Notes: generated by a model from the letters alone, not told the origin. A stretch of DNA of 64,000 nucleotides from an uncultured Enterobacteriaceae bacterium (GCA_964400745.1 CAYNVY010000002.1:5195-69194), one strand, 5' to 3'; positions 1-8,726 are shown, numbered from the stretch's first letter. Numbers and translations: made by a program.

Positions 1-221
1 GCGTCTTCGGGGCGGTGTGTTTGCACGAACGCGCGGATCTCCGGTTGCGGTGCATCATGATCGCCCCGCGGTGCTCGGCCAGTCGAAAAGCCGACCCAAG
101 CACAGTATTTTTGCACTGCAGCATTAATGCTGTCAAGGTGAAATCCGCGCGGCGAGGGCACGCTCGGGTGGATCGGCAACCGATCTCTGGGACGTCGTCT
201 AAGCTATTGTTATAACTTACC

Positions 222-599
222 TTATCGTCCAAGCATCCGCAGCATATGCGGGCCGAACACGACGATACCCGCGATCGCCGCGCCGATCGCCGCAACCAGC
301 ACCGCTCCGGCCGCTACGTCCTTGGCCCGGGCTGCGAGCGGGTGCCGCTCGGGGGAGGCCAGGTCGACCACGAATTCGACCGCGGTATTGAGCGCCTCGG
401 CCGCCCATACGCAGCCGATCGCCAGCGCGATCAGCGCCCACTCAGCGGGAGAGATGCGCAGGAATGCTCCTGCTCCCACGACGAGGACCGACGCCACCGC
501 GTGTATCCTGGCGTTGGGCTGGGTCTGCAGCAGCACCTTCAGACCGCGAAATGCGTGGCCGAAACTGCGCAGGCGTTCGCTCAAGTAGGGGAAGGGCAT
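222..599 (-). CDS. dgkA: Diacylglycerol/undecaprenol kinase (prokaryotic DgkA family)
   Basis: 125-aa hydrophobic ORF with family motifs SFGHAFRGL, AEALNTAVEFVVDL and AKDVAAGAVL. Confidence 0.9.
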   Translation of the reverse strand: MPFPYLSERLRSFGHAFRGLKVLLQTQPNARIHAVASVLVVGAGAFLRISPAEWALIALAIGCVWAAEALNTAVEFVVDLASPERHPLAARAKDVAAGAVLVAAIGAAIAGIVVFGPHMLRMLGR

Positions 600-691
600 C
601 GGAAGGGGCCAGATAGCGTCAGGAGGGAGACAGCGGAATTATGCCCGATAACAACGGGGCCGGACGCCGCGCGGCTCCACGCGGCTCCCGC

Positions 692-1291
692 TCATCGCTT
701 GTCCTCCGCTGACGCCTTGCGTCGCAGAATCTCGTCGCGAAGCTGGCGAAAGCGGGCGCGGGTTTCGTATTCGACCAGCTTGCCGCCGATGATGGGCGGA
801 AGCCAGACCTGGGGGATGGATTCCAGATGGTATTCGACGCGCGTGCCGCTCGCGTCGGCGACGAGCCGGGTGGTGGACTCGTTTTTCTTCATGTTGCCGC
901 TGACCATGCGGCCGTGCAGTTTCTCGTACGGCGTCATGCGCACCTCGGTCACGGTTTCTATGTCCAAGAAAAAAGGCCCCATGCCCATGCGACCCTTTTG
1001 CGACACCATGAGGGTGTCATCGGTGCGTGACAGGATCACGCTCTTTTCCAGCTTCGAGATGAACTGCGTCGCGCGATCGTAATCCGTCACCACCGCCCAC
1101 ACCTCCTGCGGCGTGGCGCGGACATGGAAATTCACGTCGACGAAGACTTCCTCTTCCTGGATGCGAACGGCGAGGTTGATCGCATCGCCCGAGTCCGCGG
1201 CGGCATCGATTACGAAAATGCAAAGTAGCGCCAGCACGATGCTCAAGAAGCATCGCGGCATAGACATATAGCGGTGCGGCATCGTCGGCAC
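692..1291 (-). CDS. SRPBCC/polyketide-cyclase (START-like) family protein, probably exported
   Basis: Signal-peptide-like N-terminus, then ATPQEVWAVVTDYD...FISKL and GTRVEYHLESIPQVWLPP, typical of SRPBCC proteins. The start may be 1264. Confidence 0.75.
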   Translation of the reverse strand: MPTMPHRYMSMPRCFLSIVLALLCIFVIDAAADSGDAINLAVRIQEEEVFVDVNFHVRATPQEVWAVVTDYDRATQFISKLEKSVILSRTDDTLMVSQKGRMGMGPFFLDIETVTEVRMTPYEKLHGRMVSGNMKKNESTTRLVADASGTRVEYHLESIPQVWLPPIIGGKLVEYETRARFRQLRDEILRRKASAEDKR

Positions 1292-1388
1292 GGCGCTGCA
1301 ATCCTTAACAAGACAAGAAGAATTTCCATCGGAATTAGGCTTTTGTCAACGCGGTCTAGGCAGGTCTCGCTGCGGATAATACGCCTGC

Positions 1389-1417
1389 GTGCAAGGCAGG
1401 AGTTTGGAGCCTATAAT
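1389..1417 (+). promoter_or_regulatory. Putative sigma70 promoter of the FecR-domain gene
   Basis: GTGCAA (1389-1394), 17-nt spacer, perfect TATAAT (1412-1417). AAGGGAG RBS before the ATG at 1449. Confidence 0.5.
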
Positions 1418-1448
1418 CGGTTTCGGGGTCAATCTAAGGGAGACAACT

Positions 1449-2279
1449 ATGCATCGTTCATTCTGGGTGGCAATGTGTTTTGGATTGTGGACCCTGCTCG
1501 CGGCGCCTTTCGCGTTTGCCAACGGGGTTTATCAAAGCGTCACCGGCGACGTGAAAGCGGCTTCGGGGACAGCGGCGCCGGCAAGCGTTGCGAGAAACCA
1601 GCGCGTACTCCCGGGGACGACCGTCACCACCGGACCCGGCGCCCAGGCCATCATCCGATTCGATGACGGGCACGCCGTCGTGCTCAACGAAAATTCGGAA
1701 TTCCGCATCAATCAATACAGTTTCGACAAGGACAAGCCGCAAAGCGACAACATCGCAGTGCAGATCCTCAGAGGCGCCCTGCGTTCGGTCAGCGGCCTGA
1801 TCGCCACGAGAAGCCGCACCGCATTCGCACTGGTTGCACCGCAGGCGACCATAGGCATACGCGGCACCGACTTCATGATCGCGCTGGTCAATCCGGCCTA
1901 TCTTTCGGTGATTCAGGGCTCGATCGCCGCGACCAACGCCGCTGGGACGGCGACGTTCGCTGCCGGCGCAACGGCGACGGTGGCATCCTCCGCCGCCTTG
2001 GCCGTGGCCATTCCCGCGTCTTCGCTACCTGCTTCGGTGGCGGCATCGTTCAACAGCATGAGTTCTGTGGCAATCGGTGCCGCCGGCGCGGGCGCCGGCG
2101 GTGCGGGTGGGGCCAGCGCGGCGACGGGCGCAGCAGCCGGTGGGATCACGGCAGGCATGGTTGCAGCCGGTATCGCGGCGGTCGGCGTGGTCGCGGCAGC
2201 CACTTCCGATTCAACCGAGAACCAGTCGGTCAGTTCTCCGGCACCGAGTGGCACTACGGGAACGACCGGTACGAAATAG
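1449..2279 (+). CDS. Secreted FecR-domain protein with a YjbE-like C-terminal tail
   Basis: Signal peptide ending AFAFA. FecR-like beta domain (VTTGPGAQAIIRFDDG...LNENSEFRI...ILRGALRSVSG...ATIGIRGTDF). Ala/Gly-rich linker, hydrophobic segment, ending GTTGTTGTK. Confidence 0.85.
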   Translation: MHRSFWVAMCFGLWTLLAAPFAFANGVYQSVTGDVKAASGTAAPASVARNQRVLPGTTVTTGPGAQAIIRFDDGHAVVLNENSEFRINQYSFDKDKPQSDNIAVQILRGALRSVSGLIATRSRTAFALVAPQATIGIRGTDFMIALVNPAYLSVIQGSIAATNAAGTATFAAGATATVASSAALAVAIPASSLPASVAASFNSMSSVAIGAAGAGAGGAGGASAATGAAAGGITAGMVAAGIAAVGVVAAATSDSTENQSVSSPAPSGTTGTTGTK

Positions 2280-2322
2280 TCCTTTAGAGGACTACGACGA
2301 CCCCACCCAATCCGTTGCGGCA

Positions 2323-2384
2323 ATCGAGTTGCCGTAGTCGCACAACTCGATCAGGCAGGCTCGCAAACGTTTGCGTTTGCGAGC
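2323..2384. terminator. Two hairpins between convergent genes, likely a bidirectional terminator
   Basis: ATCGAGTTG/CAACTCGAT (2323-2351) and a perfect 11-bp stem GCTCGCAAACG-TTTG-CGTTTGCGAGC (2359-2384). The U-tracts are weak. Confidence 0.55.
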
Positions 2385-2405
2385 AGTTTGGTGTCACGCT
2401 TGCCA

Positions 2406-2834
2406 TCAGATACACGGCGTCCACTCCGTCGCGTCCGACCATACGGTCGCGCCTTTGACCAGGGGTTTGTCGTCGACCACATGCGGTTGCCGGCCTGGAT
2501 CGGCTATGCGCACGCCGATGCGGTCCGCTCTTACTTCGATCACCTCGCCGCGGATCCAGTCGCGGACCGCGATGCCGACCACCAAGGCGCGGCAGACCTT
2601 TACACCCGGCCTTCCGACCGCAACCAGCGCCTCGGCTTTCGCCCGCGCCTGAGCGATCGACATCGGCGTCGGCACGCAGCGCGGATCGAGGGGCGCGGAA
2701 CCCGAAATGCGACACGCGGCTTGCGCGCCCGCCACAGGTTGCGCGTCGGCCGCAGTTTGCGCACTGGCCCCATGCGGAAACGCCGCCATCGAGAAGCAGC
2801 TCGCAAGCAAAGCGCGCATCAGCGTCACCCGCAT
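2406..2834 (-). CDS. Hypothetical exported protein with four Cys in the mature part
   Basis: Signal peptide ending GASA-Q and a beta-rich C-terminal domain ending WTPCI. I chose the ATG at 2834; the ORF track starts at 2948. Confidence 0.6.
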   Translation of the reverse strand: MRVTLMRALLASCFSMAAFPHGASAQTAADAQPVAGAQAACRISGSAPLDPRCVPTPMSIAQARAKAEALVAVGRPGVKVCRALVVGIAVRDWIRGEVIEVRADRIGVRIADPGRQPHVVDDKPLVKGATVWSDATEWTPCI

Positions 2835-3087
2835 ACAGCCAATGAAGCGAGCGCCGAATGGTATGAGGATCACGTAACGCTCCGCATAATTGAGGCAATG
2901 CATCTGAAATGTCGGCATAGGCATCCGATATTTCACAAAATTCGGCACTAGAGGCTAGGAACCAAGACGATAGGAACGGACGTGCCCTGCCCGCCTTGGA
3001 GTTCTGTATTTCTCAGGTAACCGATAGCGGCACAGCTACTTCTCGCAGAGAAAGCGCGTCGAAAAACGCCGGGTAAGCCTATAAGCC

Positions 3088-3498
3088 TCACGGAATAAAA
3101 TTCTCCAGCCCGGCCCCCGAGCGCAAGCCGTCGATGCTCTTGAAATGCGCGTCTAGCGTCAGCAACGCGGCACTATGCTCCAGGCTGCTGGCAGCAATCC
3201 ACAGGTCGTTGGTGGGAATGGGCTGGCCTTTGCGGCGCAGCGCCGCATAGACCAGCGCGTAAATATCGGCCGTGGCGGCAGTGCTGGGCACCACCTGCAC
3301 CCTGGTCGCGTTAAGAAACTGTGCCAGCTCGCCGCGATTGGCGCTCTCCCGCCCACCCGCGGCAAAGCCTGCCAACAGTTCACCCAACACGGTGGCGCAC
3401 ACAATGATGCTCGGCGCGTACTGCAGCACACCTAAAACCCGCTCGTCGCCGCGCTTGAACGCCGCGTAGGCGTTGGTGTCCAGCGCGATCGGGCGCAT
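3088..3498 (-). CDS. vapC: Type II toxin-antitoxin VapC (PIN-domain) toxin
   Basis: PIN motifs IALDTNAY, VLGELLAG, PIPTNDLWIAA and LLTLDAHF. Confidence 0.92.
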   Translation of the reverse strand: MRPIALDTNAYAAFKRGDERVLGVLQYAPSIIVCATVLGELLAGFAAGGRESANRGELAQFLNATRVQVVPSTAATADIYALVYAALRRKGQPIPTNDLWIAASSLEHSAALLTLDAHFKSIDGLRSGAGLENFIP

Positions 3499-3501
3499 CG
3501 C

Positions 3502-3762
3502 CTAAGAACCCCAAAGCGCCGCATCGACCTCGGCAAAGGCGGCAGTGCCTTGCTCAAAAGCCTGTGCGTCTGCGTCGCTCCAAGTGCCGGCGAGCGCATC
3601 AAGGTCGTCGAATTTCCGCAACGCTTGCGGCTGGGCTGTTGTGTCATTGCCCTGCAACAGGCGTACGACCAAACTGTTAAGACTACTGCCCTCCTGCTCT
3701 GCCTGAAGCTTGAGCCGGGCCAGCGCCTTGTCGTCCAATCCGCGAATGCTCATCGTCGCCAT
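3502..3762 (-). CDS. Ribbon-helix-helix antitoxin (VapB/FitA-like)
   Basis: 86 aa, MATMSIRGLDD...LKLQAEQEGSSLNSLV RHH pattern, acidic C-terminus, directly upstream of the PIN toxin. Confidence 0.85.
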   Translation of the reverse strand: MATMSIRGLDDKALARLKLQAEQEGSSLNSLVVRLLQGNDTTAQPQALRKFDDLDALAGTWSDADAQAFEQGTAAFAEVDAALWGS

Positions 3763-3824
3763 GATATTACCAATGCATTCAAGTTGAGTGTATTGATAAT
3801 ATCAGCTTGACCTGAAACATTCAA
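3762..3824 (-). promoter_or_regulatory. Promoter and palindromic operator of the TA operon
   Basis: TTGAAT (3824-3819), 17 nt, TATTAT (3801-3796). Inverted repeat with 21-bp arms (18/21 matching) at 3762-3782 and 3784-3804 overlaps the -10 box and the start codon. Confidence 0.75.
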
Positions 3825-3894
3825 ACACCGGCCTCCCCTCCTCGTCCTACGCCTCGCCCCCCTCGCACCCGCCGCGCCCTCAGCCCCTCAGCCC

Positions 3895-6800
3895 TCAATT
3901 CAACTCCCAAGCCACATTCACCCCCTGCGGATGGATCATTACCCTTGGCGCGCCTTTCCTGGGTGCGCGCGAGGCTTCCCAGAACACTTTTCCGATTCCG
4001 TAGCCGAGCAGGCTGCCGGCCACGGTATCGGACACCCAGTGCTGGCGGCTGCCGACGCGGGCGAGATTGGTGAGGGCGGCGACGCCGTAGAGCCAAGGCA
4101 TGTCGTATTGCTCCGCGAAAGGGGTTACGACCGCCCAGGCGACGGTGGTATGGCCGGACGGAAACGAGTCGTATCCGTCGGTTCCAGAGAAGGCCTTGAA
4201 TTCGCGATTACCAAGCTCATTTCCAGGTCTTGCACGGCCGGTAAGGGCTTTCAGCCCAGTCACCGCGATTAAGGCCGTGCCGCCTGCTTCCAGCGCTGCA
4301 TAGCCGGTGCGCGAACGCACCGGATCGCTGCCGTCCAGCGCCGCCACACCGGCACCGGCGATCGCCAGCCAGGGCAGCGCATTGCCAACCTTGTTCATGC
4401 CTTTCAACCAGCGGTTATCGGCATGATCCCTGGCAAAGTCGTCGCTGCGCCGATCAAGCGCGGCGCTCGCGAGCACCATGCCGGTCCCGACGACGCCGGC
4501 GCGCAGCCAGTTCGTATCCGCGGCCACGCGCGCCGAATCGGCAAAATCGCCGGCCAGTCGATTGACCGTACCGGGCACGGGCTGTAGCAATTCCGCAAGC
4601 TGCGTTGCTGGTGCGTCTGTCTCGCGGTCGTCCAGCCGGGCGAGCGGATCGCGCTCACTCACCGACGGATTGAGGTATTCGACCGCGACCGCATCCGCCA
4701 GGCCCGCGCGGCCGATTGCGCCGTTCAAGTAGCGCTCCAGTCGCAGCAGATCGACGAATTCGTAGCGCACCACCGGGTCGGTGAATAGCGCCAGCGTGAC
4801 GCGCAGCTCGCGCATATCCAGGGGGCCGAGCTTCAGCGCCGTGCGCGCCACGCGCCCGATGGCGCGGCTGACCGGGGACAGATTGTTGGTCGACAACGCA
4901 ATCGACAATCGATGCGAACTATCGTACGAAACCTTGATATTGCGGAACTCCTGCCGGTACAAGGCCTCGACCAGGCGCTGCTCGTAGCCTTGCGCATCGG
5001 CGGCCCATTGCTCCGTCGCCGGCTTCGGCAACACGCTGGCAAATAGATCAGGCCCTTTGGGCGGGGGCGTCCACGTCTCGCGCCGGTCCGAGGGGATGGC
5101 GGCATGGTTCGGTGTGGGCGCGGCCCTGATGCTCAAGGTGCGATCGTCGCGCAGATTGGTCAGATCGTACAGGCCGGTTCGCGCGAGCATGGCGCCACCG
5201 TCGCGGGTGAGCGGCTTCCAGATGAAATTCGCCGTCGTGCCGCTGGAGCGTGTAAGGAAAGCGTCGAACGGAAGACTCAGGAAGATGCCCTTGTCGAAAC
5301 TGCCTTCGCCGAATTGTTCCGACGACATATTCGTCTTGGTGAAAAATCCGCCGAGCGCGACGCCGTTCTCGAACACACGCGAGACCTGCACTGTCGCTCC
5401 GATGTCTTTCGCAAGATAGCGGCCGACGCTCAGATTCGCCATCACGTTGTTCCACCCTGTATCCCAATATAGGGTGGCATGTCCTGTTGCCACACGATAG
5501 CCCGTTTGCTCCTCGGCCTTGTCAAACCCGAAGTCCTGCCTGAAATTGCGCTGCTGCACCGCGTTCACGTCCACGCCGAACGCCACCCGGCTGGCGAACG
5601 GCCGGTACAGCCACTCGCCGCCTACCCCCGCGAACATGTCCTCGATGTAGCCGCCGTAGAGGCTGTAGTACTGATTCTTGTCGAATCTGCCCATGTGGGT
5701 AAGCTGCAGATTCGGCATGGTCAGCGGCCCGTAGGTCAGGTATTCGCGCAGATGTGTCCGCACCCTGGGCGCGCCGATACTGCTGGTCGGCGGGTCGTAG
5801 CGAAATTTGTCGTAGTTGTCCAGCAGACGCAGGCGCAGGCTGCCTTGCAGCCATGTGTTGTCGCCGAGCCGCAGCTTCACCCGCTCCAAGGCGGATAGCT
5901 GATACAACACAAAGCCGTCCGGCCCGCCCAGCGTATGCCGGTAGTCCGGTCCCAGATTCGATTCGAAGCGCGGCCGGACGGACTGATACAGCGCGGATTG
6001 CGCGGCAGTCTGTCCCGGTGAACGCGCGATGATCGCCTCGCGTTGCTCGTGCAACGGCAATGGCCGGATCTGCTGCGCGACCCAGGCGTCGCGGTCGATC
6101 ACGTGTTCCGCCATATCGACTCCGCCCTCGCTGTAGGCGAGGACGAAACGATCCACCGCTGCCGGGGCATCGCGGTGCAGCACCGCAGCGACCCGATCGG
6201 TGCGCTCGCGCCAAAAGCGGGCCCGGGCGCCGTCTATTTCCAGCCGGATTTCACGTCCGAATTGCTCGATGCGCTGGACACGCCATTGGCTCTGAATCTC
6301 GATATCACGCGTGGTCGCCGCCCAGTCCGGCGCCTTCTGCGCACGCATGGACGTCACCGGCACGCGCGGAGGATCGCTCAATTTGAGCATGCTGATGCCG
6401 TCCAGCTGCGTATGCAAAGTGATGCCCAGCATCGCGGTATTGCCGCGCTCCACACCCAGCGTCACATCGACCGATCGATTCGCGCGATAAACCGCGCCGA
6501 AGTTCCAGGGCGAGCTTTGGCGCAGATTGTTGGACTGCGGCTCGTGCTGGTAATCGTTGCCGTCGTACTCAAGTTTCAGAATCAGCGGCTTCCAGGGCGT
6601 CTGGTATTGCACCCCACCGAACAGCGCAGTCGGCCCTCTGAAATAACTATTGAGCGCGAAATTGCCGCCTTGACCGGTGTCGGCCTTGCGCGTATCGAAT
6701 GCAGAGCTAATGCCCGATAGCGGATTGCGCAGATTGCCGCGGCCGCCGACGTAGCCCCAACCCAAGCCTAGGCTCCAGTCGAACGCGCCAGTGCGCTTGC

Positions 6801-7992
6801 TCGCCACCAGGTACTCCCCCGAGAACAGCCCGGTTCCGGCTATGTCCCGCAGTCCGACCGCGACTTGCGGGACATAGGCCGATTCAGTTACAAGCCGGAA
6901 CTTGGCGTCCAGGCTCTTGTCTTTGTACGCCTGGCTTCCGCTCAATGCCTCCGAACCGTATGGGATATTGCTCACATTGGTATAGCGAAACCCCGCCTCC
7001 AGCCAGTCGAACGGCTGAAACATGATGTTGCCTTGCGTGTAGGGATAGGCCCGGCTCATATTGAACGTGAAATGGCCGGTGTTCTGCATCCTGGCGCTCG
7101 GTGTCTGTAGAAGTCCTGCGCCGCCCCAGTCGCTCGCCGTCACTACCAGACTTCTGGATCGCGCCGGGATGGTTTGACTATTCATCTGCAAGGCAACAGT
7201 TTCGTTTTGCCCAGCGGCAGGATCAGCCGCCGGCCCCTGCGTCGCCAAGAACGAGATCAGCCTGTACGAAAACGCCTCCGGCCAGCCACCGTCCCGAGGC
7301 GGAGCCCAGATCCACGCTCCCGGCGCAGGCTCGTCCTGCGCTTCAGAATTCCACAACCCGGCACCGAACCGCTGCACTCTCCCATCCGGCTGCGCCACCC
7401 ACGCCCAGTCCACACCCTGCCAGGTCCCCGGGCTGCAGGCCCTGACATAGGCTATCGCTTCACTCCCGGGGGTATGCATCACTGCGCAGCGCGAACCGCC
7501 CGCAGTCACTACCGTCACGCTGCGCGGACGCTCAGGCAAGACCACGCTATGCCCAGGCTCTAGAATCGGATCGCGGTTCGGATTTGCCTGCAACCAGCGC
7601 GCGTCCGGCACCGCCACCGGGACTCTCCCGGTGACCGGCAGTGCGGCTATCCATCCCCGCAACCGCGCCGCAGTTTCCGCGTCAACTCTGAGTCCACCGA
7701 CCTGCCCCGAAAGGCGCCTGAGCAGATCAAGTCGCAACTCACCCTGCGAAGGCCTCTCGCCCGGCACGCGCCAACTCAATCCAAGCGGGTAGGCATTCGG
7801 CGTGACCGGCTGCTCCAGCAGCCAGTCGCTCAGCCGTCTAGGCGCACCCTGTCCAATTACAAACGACGGAAAAGAGACAAGTAACGCAGTAATCGCTATG
7901 GTAAGTAGTCGCGGGGGCGCGCTCGCGCCCTGAAAGAAGTCCCCTTGGGGGGCTCGCGAATATCGTCTAGCGTCAGCAAAGCCGGATTTCAT
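3895..7992 (-). CDS. Fusion protein: GfcC/YjbG domain + YjbH/GfcD outer-membrane barrel protein + PAP2 phosphatase domain
   Basis: GfcC-like N-part (LPVTGRVPV...NPNRDPILEPG...WAWVAQPDG...EPAPGAWIW). YjbH signatures SDWGGAGLLQTPSARM, YKDKSLDAK, FGEGSFDKG, WKPLTRDGG. PAP2 motifs KALTGRARP, SFPSGH, ARVGSRQHWVSD. Start set at the TAATG overlap with an AGAGG RBS. Confidence 0.88.
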   Translation of the reverse strand: MKSGFADARRYSRAPQGDFFQGASAPPRLLTIAITALLVSFPSFVIGQGAPRRLSDWLLEQPVTPNAYPLGLSWRVPGERPSQGELRLDLLRRLSGQVGGLRVDAETAARLRGWIAALPVTGRVPVAVPDARWLQANPNRDPILEPGHSVVLPERPRSVTVVTAGGSRCAVMHTPGSEAIAYVRACSPGTWQGVDWAWVAQPDGRVQRFGAGLWNSEAQDEPAPGAWIWAPPRDGGWPEAFSYRLISFLATQGPAADPAAGQNETVALQMNSQTIPARSRSLVVTASDWGGAGLLQTPSARMQNTGHFTFNMSRAYPYTQGNIMFQPFDWLEAGFRYTNVSNIPYGSEALSGSQAYKDKSLDAKFRLVTESAYVPQVAVGLRDIAGTGLFSGEYLVASKRTGAFDWSLGLGWGYVGGRGNLRNPLSGISSAFDTRKADTGQGGNFALNSYFRGPTALFGGVQYQTPWKPLILKLEYDGNDYQHEPQSNNLRQSSPWNFGAVYRANRSVDVTLGVERGNTAMLGITLHTQLDGISMLKLSDPPRVPVTSMRAQKAPDWAATTRDIEIQSQWRVQRIEQFGREIRLEIDGARARFWRERTDRVAAVLHRDAPAAVDRFVLAYSEGGVDMAEHVIDRDAWVAQQIRPLPLHEQREAIIARSPGQTAAQSALYQSVRPRFESNLGPDYRHTLGGPDGFVLYQLSALERVKLRLGDNTWLQGSLRLRLLDNYDKFRYDPPTSSIGAPRVRTHLREYLTYGPLTMPNLQLTHMGRFDKNQYYSLYGGYIEDMFAGVGGEWLYRPFASRVAFGVDVNAVQQRNFRQDFGFDKAEEQTGYRVATGHATLYWDTGWNNVMANLSVGRYLAKDIGATVQVSRVFENGVALGGFFTKTNMSSEQFGEGSFDKGIFLSLPFDAFLTRSSGTTANFIWKPLTRDGGAMLARTGLYDLTNLRDDRTLSIRAAPTPNHAAIPSDRRETWTPPPKGPDLFASVLPKPATEQWAADAQGYEQRLVEALYRQEFRNIKVSYDSSHRLSIALSTNNLSPVSRAIGRVARTALKLGPLDMRELRVTLALFTDPVVRYEFVDLLRLERYLNGAIGRAGLADAVAVEYLNPSVSERDPLARLDDRETDAPATQLAELLQPVPGTVNRLAGDFADSARVAADTNWLRAGVVGTGMVLASAALDRRSDDFARDHADNRWLKGMNKVGNALPWLAIAGAGVAALDGSDPVRSRTGYAALEAGGTALIAVTGLKALTGRARPGNELGNREFKAFSGTDGYDSFPSGHTTVAWAVVTPFAEQYDMPWLYGVAALTNLARVGSRQHWVSDTVAGSLLGYGIGKVFWEASRAPRKGAPRVMIHPQGVNVAWELN

Positions 7993-8726
7993 TACCTCTT
8001 CCCAACCACACTCTGCTCCTGCACCGGCCACCGCTGCCAGCTAAAACACAGCCCCTTCTCCAAGCACTGCTCGCCATAAACGACCACTTCCTTCCCATCC
8101 TGCATTTCCACCGCGTACCGCGCCGGCGGCAACACCTCATTGCGGTCAACGCCTCCCGCTTCCAGTCGCTCCTCAAACCAGATAAAACCTTGCGGATCCA
8201 GCCCCTGCAAATCGCTCTTCCGTGGTTGCGACACTACACGCACCGACATCGCATCCCGCACGCCCAAGCGATACCCCGGCATCACATCCCGCACGCGATT
8301 CCAGCGATGCGCCTGATCGCTTCGCGCCAGCGCTGACCACGACGGAAGCGCAGGCATAGAGACGCTGCGCCATTCGGTAGTGAGGCCAGTCGCACCGACT
8401 AGTCGACCATTTTGCAGGCGCAACACTTCCCGCTCGGCGCTGTACCAGACTTCTACTGGCCCCGACGAGTCGACATCCTCATAGCCGAGCGCAAGCAAGA
8501 CCACTCGGCCGGCAATAGTAAGCCTGAGATAGCGAAAATTCGGATTGAGGCGAGCGCTCGCGACGTTATCCGCGCCACCGGCGGCTTGGCGCAGGGTTTG
8601 CAGCATCGAATTGCTGGCGGGAGAACAAGAGGCCAGGGCAACAAGCGACGAAATTATCGCCGCCCGTACCACCGTGGCGATATCGGTAGAAGATCGAGGT
8701 TTTCCGGAAGCAGGCATTGGCGGCAT
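7992..8726 (-). CDS. YjbF/GfcB-family outer-membrane lipoprotein
   Basis: Lipobox LASC. YjbF-like motifs VVLLALGY and WYSAEREVLRLQNGRLVGATGL. Lies between the yjbE-like and yjbGH-like genes. Confidence 0.85.
   Translation of the reverse strand: MPPMPASGKPRSSTDIATVVRAAIISSLVALASCSPASNSMLQTLRQAAGGADNVASARLNPNFRYLRLTIAGRVVLLALGYEDVDSSGPVEVWYSAEREVLRLQNGRLVGATGLTTEWRSVSMPALPSWSALARSDQAHRWNRVRDVMPGYRLGVRDAMSVRVVSQPRKSDLQGLDPQGFIWFEERLEAGGVDRNEVLPPARYAVEMQDGKEVVVYGEQCLEKGLCFSWQRWPVQEQSVVGKR

Noticed and set aside
1449..2279. Classical FecIRA iron-signalling anti-sigma factor
   Set aside because: It has a cleavable signal peptide, no cytoplasmic N-domain, and no ECF sigma factor or TonB receptor nearby.
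1913..2323. Antisense ORFs sharing YFVPVVPVVP (also 8928-9293)
   Set aside because: This is just the reverse-complement reading of the shared GTTGTTGTK-stop tail, not a separate protein family.
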